DNA of 64,000 nt from contig CP136572.1 in assembly GCA_035193785.1 (NCBI GenBank), positions 1,472,001 to 1,536,000 on the forward strand, read 5' to 3'. The position numbers and the translations under genes are program-made. Shown piece by piece: positions 46,275-57,453 of the stretch. The stretch is from Planktothrix sp. GU0601_MAG3. GTDB taxonomy: Bacteria > Cyanobacteriota > Cyanobacteriia > Cyanobacteriales > Microcoleaceae. The notes beneath the pieces are model-generated. The model did no database searches, was not told the origin of the DNA, and saw nothing but the letters and a program-made list of their open reading frames with translations. Numbering within the stretch: position 1 is the stretch's first letter; each line of letters begins with the position of its first letter.

Positions 46275-47495
46275 ATGATCACAACACCACAGCCAGACGC
46301 CGTTAACTTCGATATTATCAATGTCCGTCTCCCCGGAACACAAAATTTACAACAAGTTTTAATTCGTCAGGGTAAAATCTTTGGCGTTGAAGCCATGCCG
46401 GGTTTATCTCAACCCACATCAACCGCAGCAATTCAACAACTAGATTTGCAAGGAGATTGGCTATCTTTGGGGGGAATAGATTTACAAATTAATGGGGCAT
46501 TAGGATTAGCTTTTCCCGATTTAGAACCGCAACATTTTTCCAAGTTGACCGAAATTTGCCAGTATTTATGGGCAAGGGGCATTGATGGGTTTATGCCCAC
46601 TATTGTCACCACTTCAATTGATAAAATTCAGCGATCGCTCGCCACAATAGCGGAATTTATCCAAACTGTTCCCCAAGACAAACCCACCGCCAAAATTCTC
46701 GGGGTGCATCTGGAGGGGCCATTTCTCAATCCCAGTAAACGGGGGGCCCATCCTCAAGAGCATTTATTACCCCTGACTTTGGAGCAGGTGCAACGGGTTC
46801 TAGGGGACTATGGAAACATCGTAAAAATCATTACCCTAGCCCCCGAATTAGACCCCACAGACAAGGTGATTCCCTATTTGAGAGATTTAGGGATAATTGT
46901 CAGTTTAGGCCATTCCCAAGCCACGGCAGCGCAGGCAGAACGCGCTTTTACCCTCGGGGCAACGATGGTAACCCATGCCTTTAATGCCATGCCCAGTCTG
47001 CACCATCGAGAACCGGGTTTATTAGGGACGGCTTTAGTTAACAAAAAGGTTCAATCGGGCTTTATTGCCGATGGACAGCACATTTCTCCCCTAATGGTTG
47101 ATTTGTTGTTACGGATGTCGGGAATTAACCAACCCAGCGAAGCCACGGATTTAATTCCCCTGTTTTTGGTGAGTGATGCCCTAGCCCCCTTGGGACTACC
47201 TGATGGGGTTTATCCTTGGGATGAACGACAAATTGAAGTGAAAGAAGGTACGGCCCGTTTAGTTGATGGCACCTTATCTGGAACCACCTTACCTTTATTG
47301 GTAGGGGTAGAAAATTTGGTGAAGTGGAATTGTTGTGGTGTGGGAGAGGCGATCGCCTTAGCCACGATTGCCCCGAGGCAAGCCTTGGGTCTATTTTCCC
47401 CCCAGGGTGAATCCGCCAGTCAGCTTTGGCGCTGGAAATTTGATCCAACCTCCGAAACCGTCACCTTGAATGGGCAGCGACTCTTAGCATTTTAA
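46275..47495 (+). CDS. nagA: N-acetylglucosamine-6-phosphate deacetylase
   Basis: HLEGPFL, TLAPE, GHS, THAFNAM, IADGQH, LVSDA. Confidence 0.93.
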   Translation: MITTPQPDAVNFDIINVRLPGTQNLQQVLIRQGKIFGVEAMPGLSQPTSTAAIQQLDLQGDWLSLGGIDLQINGALGLAFPDLEPQHFSKLTEICQYLWARGIDGFMPTIVTTSIDKIQRSLATIAEFIQTVPQDKPTAKILGVHLEGPFLNPSKRGAHPQEHLLPLTLEQVQRVLGDYGNIVKIITLAPELDPTDKVIPYLRDLGIIVSLGHSQATAAQAERAFTLGATMVTHAFNAMPSLHHREPGLLGTALVNKKVQSGFIADGQHISPLMVDLLLRMSGINQPSEATDLIPLFLVSDALAPLGLPDGVYPWDERQIEVKEGTARLVDGTLSGTTLPLLVGVENLVKWNCCGVGEAIALATIAPRQALGLFSPQGESASQLWRWKFDPTSETVTLNGQRLLAF

Positions 47496-47569
47496 TCGTC
47501 AACTTGCCAACAGATCAAATAAAATAAAGTTGAGTAAATGAGTCCTACTGTTAACTTTTATATACAAAT

Positions 47570-47782
47570 ATGGGTGAAGCAAAACGCCGGAAAGATTCCA
47601 TGGGAGAACGTTATGGCCAAGATGAAAAAATTGTCCCCTGGTTTCCCGTCACTAAAAACCAAAGTCGAAAATTCATAGAAATTACGACTAAAGCCAGTTG
47701 GCTTGGGATTGGTTTACTGGTTGTTGTTTGGGTTGCGATTCGATTTATTGGCCCGGGACTCGGGTGGTGGCAAATTGACTGA
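47570..47782 (+). CDS. DUF2839-family protein
   Basis: MGEAKRRK ... RFIGP.LGWW. Confidence 0.85.
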   Translation: MGEAKRRKDSMGERYGQDEKIVPWFPVTKNQSRKFIEITTKASWLGIGLLVVVWVAIRFIGPGLGWWQID

Positions 47783-48160
47783 GGTTAGGGTAAGGTTTCC
47801 TTACCTGGAAGGGATTTCCCAGGGCGACGTCTCCAAAATCCGATGACCGGGGTTTAAACTGATCACAAATATTAAATCCTTTTATCGGTTTAGACCCGAT
47901 TTTCCTGCTAATCCTTTGTGTATCAGGATATTAGCCTAGTTGAAACAGTAAAGTTAGAAAAATTTAGGGTTATTGTTTTCCTAGATACCTTCTCAACGGA
48001 GGGTTTTGGTTAACCTGCAAAACAGTCCCTATTCCGACACTGGGGGGGGTGATCTTTTCAATTTAGGCTGATCAGACTAAGATTAATGTTTCAGCACCAT
48101 AATTTTAAGATTATGTTACATTTTGTAAATAATCCTAGGTGTGGTGATAGGAGGAGAATT

Positions 48161-48511
48161 ATGTTTCTCAGAATTGCAGAACAACACCGCAAATTCGTTC
48201 AGGACTTGGTGATGAACCTCCAAGCTCTGGCTACGGTGCTAGAAAGACAGGGGTATCTCGCCTCCTGCTATACCTGCGGCGGTCAGATGAATAGTGCCTC
48301 ATTCATGGTTAGTTTGGGCGAAAGTCATTTGATTCGTTTCCTGGTATCAGACTATGGAATTACCTGGACAGAAATGCGTGATGACCGGGAACTCATGAAA
48401 TTAGAGGGCGCCGAGGCCATTCAACAATTGCAGGAGTTAGCCAATTTGGTCATTTACAGAGGAGTACCATCTCCCCATCTGATGAGTCCCAAACTTGCCC
48501 AGCGTGTTTAG
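48161..48511 (+). CDS. DUF1815-family protein
   Basis: GGAGGAG RBS; MFLRIAEQHR..ASCYTCG..SASFMVSLG..RFLVSDYGITW. Confidence 0.85.
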   Translation: MFLRIAEQHRKFVQDLVMNLQALATVLERQGYLASCYTCGGQMNSASFMVSLGESHLIRFLVSDYGITWTEMRDDRELMKLEGAEAIQQLQELANLVIYRGVPSPHLMSPKLAQRV

Positions 48512-48674
48512 AAGATGCGGAATTGCCCATTGACAGACCTAATGAAGTTGATGGAGTTAACCCCCGTCGGTGGTAATCTGAAATCATCGAGCAACTGTTT
48601 AACATTGCTCCAATCCGTTAAGGAAATTCTCTAAGACCTTAGCCTAGGCACTTGTGAGCATTATATTGGAGTTT

Positions 48675-49551
48675 ATGGTGACATTAGAATCTGATTGGCA
48701 ACATCTGTTTGTAGAAACGAATAACATTCGTTTACACACGGTTACCCAAGGTGAGGGTGAAACTCGTCATACTGCTGCATGGATTTCCTGAATTTTGGTA
48801 CGCTTGGCGCTATCAAATTCCGGCTTTGGCTCGTCATTTTAAAGTTGTTGTGCCCGATTTACGGGGATATAATGATTCTGATAAGCCGGATAGTGGCTAT
48901 GATTTAGACACCCTGGTGGCTGATATTCAAGGCTTGATTCAACGGTTGGGCTATGTGAAAGCTCATATTGTTGGACATGACTGGGGGGGATTAATTGCCT
49001 GGCATTTTGCCCAGAAGTTTCCCGAATCTCTGAATCGTTTGGCGATTCTTAACGCTCCTCCCCCTTATCGCTTTGTACAAGAATTGGTTAGTAATTTGGA
49101 TCAAATTCGCCGCAGTTGGTTCGTTTTTGCCTTTCAAGTTCCGGGGATTCCCGAATGGTTAATCCAACAAAATTTAAAAGAATTTGTCACCAATGCGTTG
49201 CGAGAACACGCTATCCGTAAGGGTGCTTTTAGTGCCGAAGAAACTCAAATTTATGAAGCAGCTTTAGAAAAACCTGGGGTATTAAAAGCAGCGATGAGTT
49301 ATTATCGTCATTTGTTTTGGCCGCCTACTTGGTTGTTAAATTTGACAAAAACCCCGGTGAAAGTTTTATCTCCGACTTTGGTATTATGGGGAAAGGAAGA
49401 CTCGTTTTTAAGTTATCATCTAACGGAAGGTTTAGATAGAATAATTGCCGCCCCGTTTAAACTACAATTAATCCCCGATTGTGGTCACTGGATGCAACAG
49501 GAAGTTCCCCAAACCGTGAATCGGGAATTGTTGAATTTTTTAAGACCTTAG
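48675..49551 (+). CDS. Alpha/beta hydrolase, epoxide-hydrolase-like (frame break at 48759)
   Basis: LLHGFPEFW, DLRGYNDS, GHDWGG, CGHW. Confidence 0.9.
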
Positions 49552-49575
49552 TTGTAGGTTAATTGGGTTTAAATC

Positions 49576-50293
49576 CTACAATTCATCGGGATTGATTCCC
49601 ATTTCTCTTAATCTTTCTGCTAATAATTGCGATCGCTGTCGTTCTGATTCTAAGGCGGTTTCGGCTATTTCTGCCCGTTGACGCTCAGTTTCAGTCCGTT
49701 GTTTTTCTCCCTCTAACCGTTGCATAATTTCAACATAGGAGACAAATTTATCGCCATTGGGATGATAGATTTGTAGTTCTTCTGCGGACAAATCAAAGCG
49801 AATTCCTAAACGGGGACTCACCCAATTGTCGAGGGTTTCTATTAAATCTAATCCTTCATCATTTCTTAGCCAACCTTTGAAATGATTAGCTTCAGGATCA
49901 TAAATATAATATTCTTCGACACCATAGCGATCATAAAATACTAATTTGCGATCCATCTCATTCTGAGTATTTCCAGGGGAGAGAATTTCAAAAACAACTT
50001 GGGGAGGAATATTATCTTCTTCCCATTGTTTATAAGAAACCCCGTTTTCCCTTGGGTCTTCCCAATACCGTTAATACATCAGGTGCATTCACAATATGGG
50101 GTTTTCCCTGCACTGGATACCAAAATAAATCCCCAGCAATAAACACATCAGGATTATCCGCAAATAACCCTTCTAAATTCTGTTCAATGACAACAATCCA
50201 GTGAAATTGTTCGGTATTATTGGCCATCGGTTTGCCATCGGTTTCTGGATAGATAATCTCCGTGGAAATTACAGATTTAAGTTCTGTCACCAT
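49576..50293 (-). CDS. Uma2-family endonuclease-like protein (frame break at 50036)
   Basis: YPETDGKPMA, APDV, VFEILSP, GVEEYYIYDP; coiled-coil tail. Confidence 0.88.
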
Positions 50294-50341
50294 AACCTTA
50301 ACGGGATATTGGTTAATATTCAAAGTCAATATCTAAAGCAT

Positions 50342-50410
50342 TATAGCAGTTGCCACATCTATTAGGAAATTCTTGAAAGCTAGAAGCTGCTCATAGTAAC
50401 TATTTACCTA
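50342..50410. mobile_element. MITE end, inverted copy of 5620-5686
   Basis: TATAGCAGTTGCCACATCTATTAGGA..TTCTTGAAAGCTA..GCTGCTCATAGTAA. Confidence 0.7.
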
Positions 50411-50503
50411 AGTAGGTAGGTAGGGAGAAACAAAAAGATGTAAAGATCAATAAAAAAGCTAAATTTTCATTACATACTTTTAGATTTTCCCGCCTACCTA
50501 CTT
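50410..50503. mobile_element. 94-bp MITE-like element
   Basis: Perfect 11-bp terminal inverted repeats AAGTAGGTAGG / CCTACCTACTT. Confidence 0.7.
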
Positions 50504-50701
50504 GAACCATCCCGTTTATATTTTATTTATATTAATTTACGGGGGGTTATTCGGTTTATTAAAAAAATTAATCGGTAAATCGGAAGTTTTTAGTCAATAG
50601 ACAAGCTTGCTGGTGTCTATGTTCCTCATTGGCATCTTGTTTATTTTTTTTGTATAATTAATTTACCCCTAATATAAATAACTAGATTCAATAATGAAAT
50701 T

Positions 50702-51275
50702 ATGATTAAAATTGAAGATAAACCCCAAATTCAATCTCTCTCCCTAGAGGAATTTTTAACCCAACCGGAAACCAAACCCGCCCAAGAATATATTAACGGA
50801 GTTGTTTATCAAAAACCCATGCCAAAAGGAAAACATAGTCGCATTCAAAAATGCCTTATTGATTCTATTAGCCAGGTCGCTGAAACTCAACATTTAGCCT
50901 GTGCTTTCCCTGAGTTACGCTGTAGTTTTGGCGGGCGTTCTATTGTTCCTGATATAGTTGTATTGGAATGGCAGAATATTCCCCTAGATGAACAAGGAGA
51001 AATCGCTAATGATGTTACTATTGCCCCAGATTGGACAATTGAAATATTATCCCCAGAACAAAATACAACCCGTGTAATTAATAATATTTTATTCTGTTTA
51101 AAACATCAAACACAATTAGGTTGGTTGATTGAAACCGCAAGAAAGACTGGTATTAGTATTTAAACCCAAACAACAACCGGAAGTATTTGAAGGAGAACAA
51201 ATTTTACCCGTTTTAGATATATTAAAAGATTACCAATTATCCGTTAATGAATTATTCCGTTGGTTAACTTTTTAA
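50702..51275 (+). CDS. Uma2-family endonuclease-like protein (frame break at 51131)
   Basis: PETKPA.EYING, KHS..Q, PELRC, VPDI, PDWTIEILSP. Confidence 0.88.
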
Positions 51276-51328
51276 GTCAAGAAGAAACCACAAAGACACT
51301 AAGAAATAGATAGGTTGGCTTAATGACC

Positions 51329-52930
51329 CTAAAGGGAGTCGGCTAAGTGTTTTTTTAGGGTGGCGACGGGTAAGGGGCCTTGAAGATGTTGCCAAGGTAA
51401 TACTTGATCTAAATCCCAATTTTGGTTAACATAATATTCCATAGTGGGTAATTTTCCCCGTAATTCTTTGAAGGCGCGGCGATAACTTCCTAGGGATTCT
51501 CCATAGTTTCTAACTAATTCTAATAGATCGGAAAGACGGCGATCGCCCCTAGAAAGTAAGGCTTGAATTACCGACCATTTATAACTTTCTGGTCTAAAAT
51601 CTATCCCATTTGATTTTAACTGTTTTTCTAATAATTTTAGTCGTTTTTCGGCATCGGGATTCACCCCAAACCATTGAAAGGGAGTATGGGATTTGGGCAC
51701 AAAGGTACTACAACCCAAGGTTAATCTAAAGCCTGGAGCCGCTTTTTTTAAGGCTTTCATTAGGTCTACCGTAGCCTGTACGTCCTCTAATTCTTCCCCT
51801 GGTATCCCCACCATCCCATAGATTTTCATGCCCTGCAAACCGCCATTTTTAGCGTTAATAATGGCTTGCAAAATTTCCTCGTTTTCTAATTTTTTATTAA
51901 TAATTTTTCGCAGGCGATCGCTACCAGTTTCGACGGCAATTGTCAAGGTGCGAGTCTCTCTTTTTGCTAAGGTTTTTGCCAGTTTTTCGGTTACGGTATT
52001 AGTTCTAACTGAAGCAATACTTAACCGCACATCATCATATTTCGGTTGGGTTAAATAGTCTAATAATTGCTCAAATTCGGGATGTTGTGTTACCGATGCT
52101 CCTAATAAACCTAAACGCCTTGTTACTTGCAGTCCCTTTTCAATTGCGGGAATTAATGAGGCTTCTAAACTAGCAGTTCTAAAGGGTAAAGTCAAATAAC
52201 TGGCTAAACAAAAACGGCACATTTCAGGACAACTGCGAACCACTTCTACCATATAAATATTTTCCCAAGCGGCTTTTTCTGTCACCACCGTTGAAGCGGA
52301 TAGAATATTACCCCGATAGGTTTGTTTTTGGACTTGGGAAGGAATAGTAGAATCTAGGGGTTTAATATCTTCAATTTCACCCTCTAAACTGTGATAGGAT
52401 ACTTGATATAAACTGGGAATATAAATGCCCGGAATCTGTGCTAAATGACGTAATTGGGTAAGGCGAGATTCATGGCGAACCTGTTGATAAGCGTCTATGA
52501 AATTTCCCAATAAATTTTCCCCATCCCCGAGTAAAATAATATCAAAGAAATCGGCAAAGGGTTCGGGATTAGCGGTTAATACGGGGCCACCTCCAAAAAT
52601 TAAGGGGTGTTTTTCAGTTCTTTTAACTGAACGTAAGGGAATATTTAAAAATTCTAAACGCTCAAAAATATTGACATAATCAAGTTCCCAAGAAAAGGAA
52701 AAACCTATCAGTTCAGGATGTTGGGGTAAGGGTTCATGTAAATCGGTAAATAGACGACTCACTTCCACATCGGAACGTGCGGCTAAAGTTGCCCAAACCA
52801 GTTGATATCCTAAACTGGTAATGCCAACAGTATATTCATTGGGAAAGGCAAAAATAACTGGAATGGCATCTAAATTAGAGGGCGTCGGAGTAAAAAGTAA
52901 ACGTTCAGCATCAAAGACGGAATCAGTCAT
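51329..52930 (-). CDS. B12-binding-domain radical SAM protein
   Basis: FPNEY.VGITSLG, GGP..TANPEP, CPEMCRFC (CxxxCxxC), FVPK.HTPFQW. Confidence 0.9.
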   Translation of the reverse strand: MTDSVFDAERLLFTPTPSNLDAIPVIFAFPNEYTVGITSLGYQLVWATLAARSDVEVSRLFTDLHEPLPQHPELIGFSFSWELDYVNIFERLEFLNIPLRSVKRTEKHPLIFGGGPVLTANPEPFADFFDIILLGDGENLLGNFIDAYQQVRHESRLTQLRHLAQIPGIYIPSLYQVSYHSLEGEIEDIKPLDSTIPSQVQKQTYRGNILSASTVVTEKAAWENIYMVEVVRSCPEMCRFCLASYLTLPFRTASLEASLIPAIEKGLQVTRRLGLLGASVTQHPEFEQLLDYLTQPKYDDVRLSIASVRTNTVTEKLAKTLAKRETRTLTIAVETGSDRLRKIINKKLENEEILQAIINAKNGGLQGMKIYGMVGIPGEELEDVQATVDLMKALKKAAPGFRLTLGCSTFVPKSHTPFQWFGVNPDAEKRLKLLEKQLKSNGIDFRPESYKWSVIQALLSRGDRRLSDLLELVRNYGESLGSYRRAFKELRGKLPTMEYYVNQNWDLDQVLPWQHLQGPLPVATLKKHLADSL

Positions 52931-53141
52931 CAGTCATCAGTCATCAGTTATCAGTCATCAGTCATCAGTTTAAGAGTTATCAGTCATCAGTTATTGGTTA
53001 ATCGGTTAACAGTTATTGGTTAACAGTCATTAGTTACCAGTTATCAGAAACATCAACTCTTACACTGATACTAATTAAACTGATAACTGATTAGACTTAT
53101 AACTTATAACTGTTAACTGTTAACTGATAACTGATAACTGA
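52922..53141. repeat. Inverted heptamer arrays (ATCAGTY)n...(AACTGAT)n
   Basis: Directly visible; includes CAACTCTTACACTG core. Confidence 0.85.
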
Positions 53142-53261
53142 TTAGAAGGAGGAACCTATACCTACATAGGAACCATAGAAAAACAAACCAACCACCACTA
53201 AAACGCCAGTTCCGGCAACAGTGGCGACTAACCACAAAGGAAGTCTACCTGATTGCAACAC
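53142..53261 (-). CDS. psbJ: Photosystem II protein J
   Basis: GTG start; [39 protein letters not shown]. Confidence 0.95.
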   Translation of the reverse strand: MLQSGRLPLWLVATVAGTGVLVVVGLFFYGSYVGIGSSF

Positions 53262-53421
53262 AGTTATTACCTCGTTAATTCAAAGTTTAATTGACAAGGG
53301 ATTTTAGATTTTGGATATGAGATTTAGGATAAATATTTTAGAAAAAAATATGTTTCTTCAATCGACGTTCGTGAAGCGTCACGAAGTGAATCCAAAATCG
53401 TTAAATCGAGAAAAAATCCAG

Positions 53422-53541
53422 TTAGTTAAAGAAATAACTGGAGAACAAAATACCCACAACAAAAACCAACAGCAAACCCAAATAGAGTGAAGTTCTGTTC
53501 AACTCCACAGGTTGGCGATTAGGATTATTACTGCGATCCAT
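53422..53541 (-). CDS. psbL: Photosystem II protein L
   Basis: [39 protein letters not shown]. Confidence 0.96.
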   Translation of the reverse strand: MDRSNNPNRQPVELNRTSLYLGLLLVFVVGILFSSYFFN

Positions 53542-53551
53542 AGTTAGTCTC

Positions 53552-53689
53552 CTATCGTTGAATAAATTGCATAGCCGCGATCGCACCCAGGAAAAAAACC
53601 GTAGGTACCGCCAAAGTATGAATTGCTAACCAACGAACACTAAAAATCGGATAAGTTATCGGTTCATTGGAACTGCCACCAGTTGCCAT
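53552..53689 (-). CDS. psbF: Cytochrome b559 beta subunit
   Basis: [45 protein letters not shown]. Confidence 0.96.
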   Translation of the reverse strand: MATGGSSNEPITYPIFSVRWLAIHTLAVPTVFFLGAIAAMQFIQR

Positions 53690-53710
53690 CTTATTAAACT
53701 CCTATGTCAA

Positions 53711-53959
53711 CTATTTACTAGTAAAGTCGCCAATTTGTGATTTGCTACTAAAGCGATCGCTTACAATCGGAATTTCCTGCCGTTGTTGAGTAAAATACTC
53801 ATCGGGGCGAGGAGTTCCAAAGGTATCGTAAGCCAGACCCGTGCTGATAAACAGCCAACCCGCAATAAATAGAGCCGGAATAGTAATACTGTGAATTACC
53901 CAATACCGGATACTGGTAATAATATCCCCAAAAGGACGCTCTCCAGTTGTACCTGACAT
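53711..53959 (-). CDS. psbE: Cytochrome b559 alpha subunit
   Basis: [24 protein letters not shown]. Confidence 0.98.
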   Translation of the reverse strand: MSGTTGERPFGDIITSIRYWVIHSITIPALFIAGWLFISTGLAYDTFGTPRPDEYFTQQRQEIPIVSDRFSSKSQIGDFTSK

Positions 53960-54058
53960 CGTTAAATCTCCTCAAGGAACAGTTAAATACTCAACTCTAA
54001 TGATACGGGAGCAGGGAATGTGGAACAAGCCTACTCCATAGATTTCCTTGGAATCAGT

Positions 54059-55076
54059 TTAAGCCGTTTGTGGGGTAGAACCCTGATAACGGAGCAAAGC
54101 CCCCCGTTGGCCCAGGACATAGCCCTGTTCCGCGCTAAAAAACTTGATTTTGTACAGGTTAGACGGGACATTTTCCACTAACCCATCCTTTTGCCAGGTT
54201 TTACCCCCATCCAAACTACAGAGGAGATTACCACTCCCACCACTCACCCAAATTTCCTCTGGGGTGCGATAGGCCAAATCCAAAAATCCCCAACTGGTTG
54301 AATATTCAGGGTTAATGGGTTCACCCCACTCCTGGGGATTCTCCGGGTCAGTAAATCGTAATTCACCCCCACGAGCAATCATCCAGAGGCGGCCATCCTG
54401 ACCAAAGCCAATTTTCTCCAATCGCTTAGAACTAGAACGATTATGGGGTTTCCCAGGCTTGAGATCCTGGTTCCCAAGTCGAGTAAAAATTGCCCTTCGC
54501 CGAAACGCTAATATAGCGACCCTCCTCAGAGCGAGATAGATTTCTGACAAAACCCACGGCATCTTCCACCAGGGCTGTCCAGGTTTTCCCGCCATCTTCG
54601 GTTTGGTAAATTGCGCCCAAATCCGTAGTCATCTCAGCCCGATTAGGACTCAGAGCCACAATACTATAGGGGGCGCCGGGTAACTTGGCATTCAGAAGAA
54701 TCCGATCCCAAGTTTGGCCCTCATTGGTCGTGTGCAGCAGAATCGAAGGAAGTCCCACAATCCACCCCTCGGCTCCATTAAAGCTAATGGAGTTAAAGCG
54801 AACCTTTTCTCCCCCCAAATCCAGTTGTTTCACGTCCCAATGGTCACCGCCATCAGTTGTTTCCAATAGCGTAGCCTCACTCCCCACAACCCAACCCCGT
54901 TGGGGATTAGTTCCGGTAAAGGCAATATCGGCCAAATTGGCTTGGGTTCCCGTGGAAACCACTTCCCAGGGGTTGTAACTGAGTTGGGGCAAGTAGCGAC
55001 AGCTAACACAGATAAGAGCAACTGTCAATACTATAACGATTTTTTGCAAAAATTTAACAATGTGCATCAGATTCAA
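54059..55076 (-). CDS. ycf48: PSII assembly factor Ycf48 (frame break at 54448)
   Basis: BNR repeats [23 protein letters not shown]; lies between rubA and psbE. Confidence 0.93.
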
Positions 55077-55092
55077 AGAAATTTAAACTCCC

Positions 55093-55422
55093 TCAACTTA
55101 AGCCATACAAACTCATAAAAAACAAAAATCCTAGGGCTAAGGCCCCAAAAATCAGGAGATTCTTCTGTTCAGCAGTCAAGGTATTGACCCCTAAACCAAA
55201 GCCTTGATTTTCCTCAAACCCCGAGGGGTTTTCCTGAGAACCAATATTGATAAACTGGCTTGAGGGAGCACCACAAACCGGACAACGCCATTTTTTGGGT
55301 AGATCGGTAAAGGCTGTTCCCACAGGAACCTTAGAACTCCCTTTATTCGGCTCATAGACATAGCCACAAGCCCTACACTCATGACGATCAAGGACTGTAA
55401 CTTCAGTGGCTGGATCACTCAT
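55093..55422 (-). CDS. rubA: Membrane-anchored rubredoxin
   Basis: CRACGYVYEP, WRCPVC; C-terminal TM. Confidence 0.93.
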   Translation of the reverse strand: MSDPATEVTVLDRHECRACGYVYEPNKGSSKVPVGTAFTDLPKKWRCPVCGAPSSQFINIGSQENPSGFEENQGFGLGVNTLTAEQKNLLIFGALALGFLFFMSLYGLS

Positions 55423-55626
55423 AACTTCAACAAGGATGAGTTTGGGATTATTAAAATAACTATTAAATAATATTACAAAATTTGAGCAAATCACCGAAAC
55501 TTTCTGAGTTGGGAAGGCCCATCGAAGTTTAAATTTAATAATCCCCCATCAGATCGAAGATTAAGGGTGGGAGTATGTCAAAATGTAAAAAATCAGTTAC
55601 AAACCTAGAACGGTCAGTAATTTATT

Positions 55627-55989
55627 GTGTTTGTTCTCAGTGGCTACGAATACTTTTTAGGCTTCCTAATCATCAGCAGCCTAGTTCCCATCCTGGCTTT
55701 GACGGCCTCCAAGATCCTAGGGCCAAAAAGTCGTCGGGGTGTCCGTCACACCACATACGAATCAGGAAACGAACCCATTGGAGGGGCATGGATTCAATTC
55801 AACATCCGATACTATATGTTCGCCTTGGTGTTTGTCATTTTTGACGTTGAAACCGTGTTTCTCTACCCTTGGGCCGTTGTCTTCCATAATTTGGGACTCT
55901 TGGCTTTTATTGAAGCCTTAATTTTTATTTCAATTCTTGTCATTGCACTGGTTTACGCCTGGCGTAAAGGTGCATTGGAATGGTCATAG
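55627..55989 (+). CDS. ndhC: NDH-1 subunit 3
   Basis: [26 protein letters not shown]. Confidence 0.96.
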   Translation: MFVLSGYEYFLGFLIISSLVPILALTASKILGPKSRRGVRHTTYESGNEPIGGAWIQFNIRYYMFALVFVIFDVETVFLYPWAVVFHNLGLLAFIEALIFISILVIALVYAWRKGALEWS

Positions 55990-56003
55990 ACAGTGATACA
56001 ACC

Positions 56004-56727
56004 ATGACTCAAAGCGTTTCATCCGACATGGAAAAAATTATTAATCCGGTTGAGCGACCCCAAGTTACTCAGGAAACTCTCGGAAAACTTGATCCTGACC
56101 ACGGTAGATGATCTTTACAACTGGGCAAAGCTCTCTAGCCTATGGCCGCTGTTGTACGGGACAGCCTGTTGTTTTATTGAATTTGCAGGTTTAATTGGTT
56201 CTCGGTTTGACTTTGACCGTTTTGGTCTGGTTCCCCGGTCTAGCCCTCGACAGGCGGATTTACTGATTACCGCAGGTACCATCACCATGAAATACGCCCC
56301 GATTTTGGTGCGTTTGTATGAGCAAATGCCCGAACCTAAGTATGTGATTGCCATGGGGGCTTGTACAGTTACCGGGGGAATGTTTAGTATGGACTCCCCC
56401 ACGGCGGTGCGGGGTGTGGATAAATTAATTCCTGTAGATGTTTATATTCCCGGGTGTCCCCCCCGTCCCGAGGCGATTATTGATGCGGTGATCAAACTGC
56501 GGAAGAAAGTGGCCAATGATTCCCTCCAGGAGCGGGCCAATCTCCAACAAACCCATCGCTATTACACCCGCCCCCACAATCTGAAACCGGTGGAGCCAAT
56601 TTTAACGGGTAAATATTTGGTGACAGAATCCCGTCAGGTTCCGCCCAAACAGTTAACGGTCGCGATGGGTGGGGCAATTCCCCCCGCCTTAGTGGCCGAA
56701 CCAGCCCGGGAGGAAAAACGTGGATAA
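56004..56727 (+). CDS. ndhK: NDH-1 subunit K (frame break at 56073)
   Basis: [24 protein letters not shown]. Confidence 0.95.
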
Positions 56728-57223
56728 CACCGAAGCTCCCCTGGTTGAAGCGGGAAAAGTCTCCCAGTGGTTGACTGAAAATGGCTTTGAGCATGATTCC
56801 CTTGGCCCTAATGCCATGGGGGTAGAAATTATCAAAGTTGATCGAGACTACTTGATTCCCCTTGCCACTGCCCTGTATGCTTACGGATTTAACTGCCTAC
56901 GGTGTCAATGTGCTTATGATGCTGGCCCCGGGGATGCCCTCGTCAGTGTCTATCATTTAGTTAAGATTGACGATGACGTGGAACAACCGCAGGAAATCTG
57001 CGTCAAAGTCTTCGTCCCACGGGATGACCCAAAAGTCCCGACCGTCTACTGGATATGGAAAGCAGCCGATTTTCAGGAGCGAGAATCCTACGATATGTAT
57101 GGTATCGTCTACGAAGGTCATCCTAATCTAAAACGGATTTTAATGCCTGAAGATTGGATCGGTTGGCCTTTAAGAAAAGATTATATCTCTCCTGATTTCC
57201 ATGAGTTGCAAGATGCCTATTAA
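56720..57223 (+). CDS. ndhJ: NDH-1 subunit J
   Basis: [34 protein letters not shown]. Confidence 0.96.
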   Translation: MDNTEAPLVEAGKVSQWLTENGFEHDSLGPNAMGVEIIKVDRDYLIPLATALYAYGFNCLRCQCAYDAGPGDALVSVYHLVKIDDDVEQPQEICVKVFVPRDDPKVPTVYWIWKAADFQERESYDMYGIVYEGHPNLKRILMPEDWIGWPLRKDYISPDFHELQDAY

Positions 57224-57453
57224 GGGCAAGCTGTAAATCAATCTGGCGATCCAAATTGCCAGATCTCTAGGAAGTCTGATATAGTTGCCTACGATAATGT
57301 AGAATTCATGTCTTGCTCGGACTGGATACACCCTAGTGATTCCGATTAAGGGTTGTAGTTGAAGGTTAAGCGAGGAGTTCTGCCTTAAGTCAAATGGAAT
57401 CAGTCTAGGTTTTCGATGCGTTTCGCAATTCACTCTGGTGGAGGAGTCAAATC

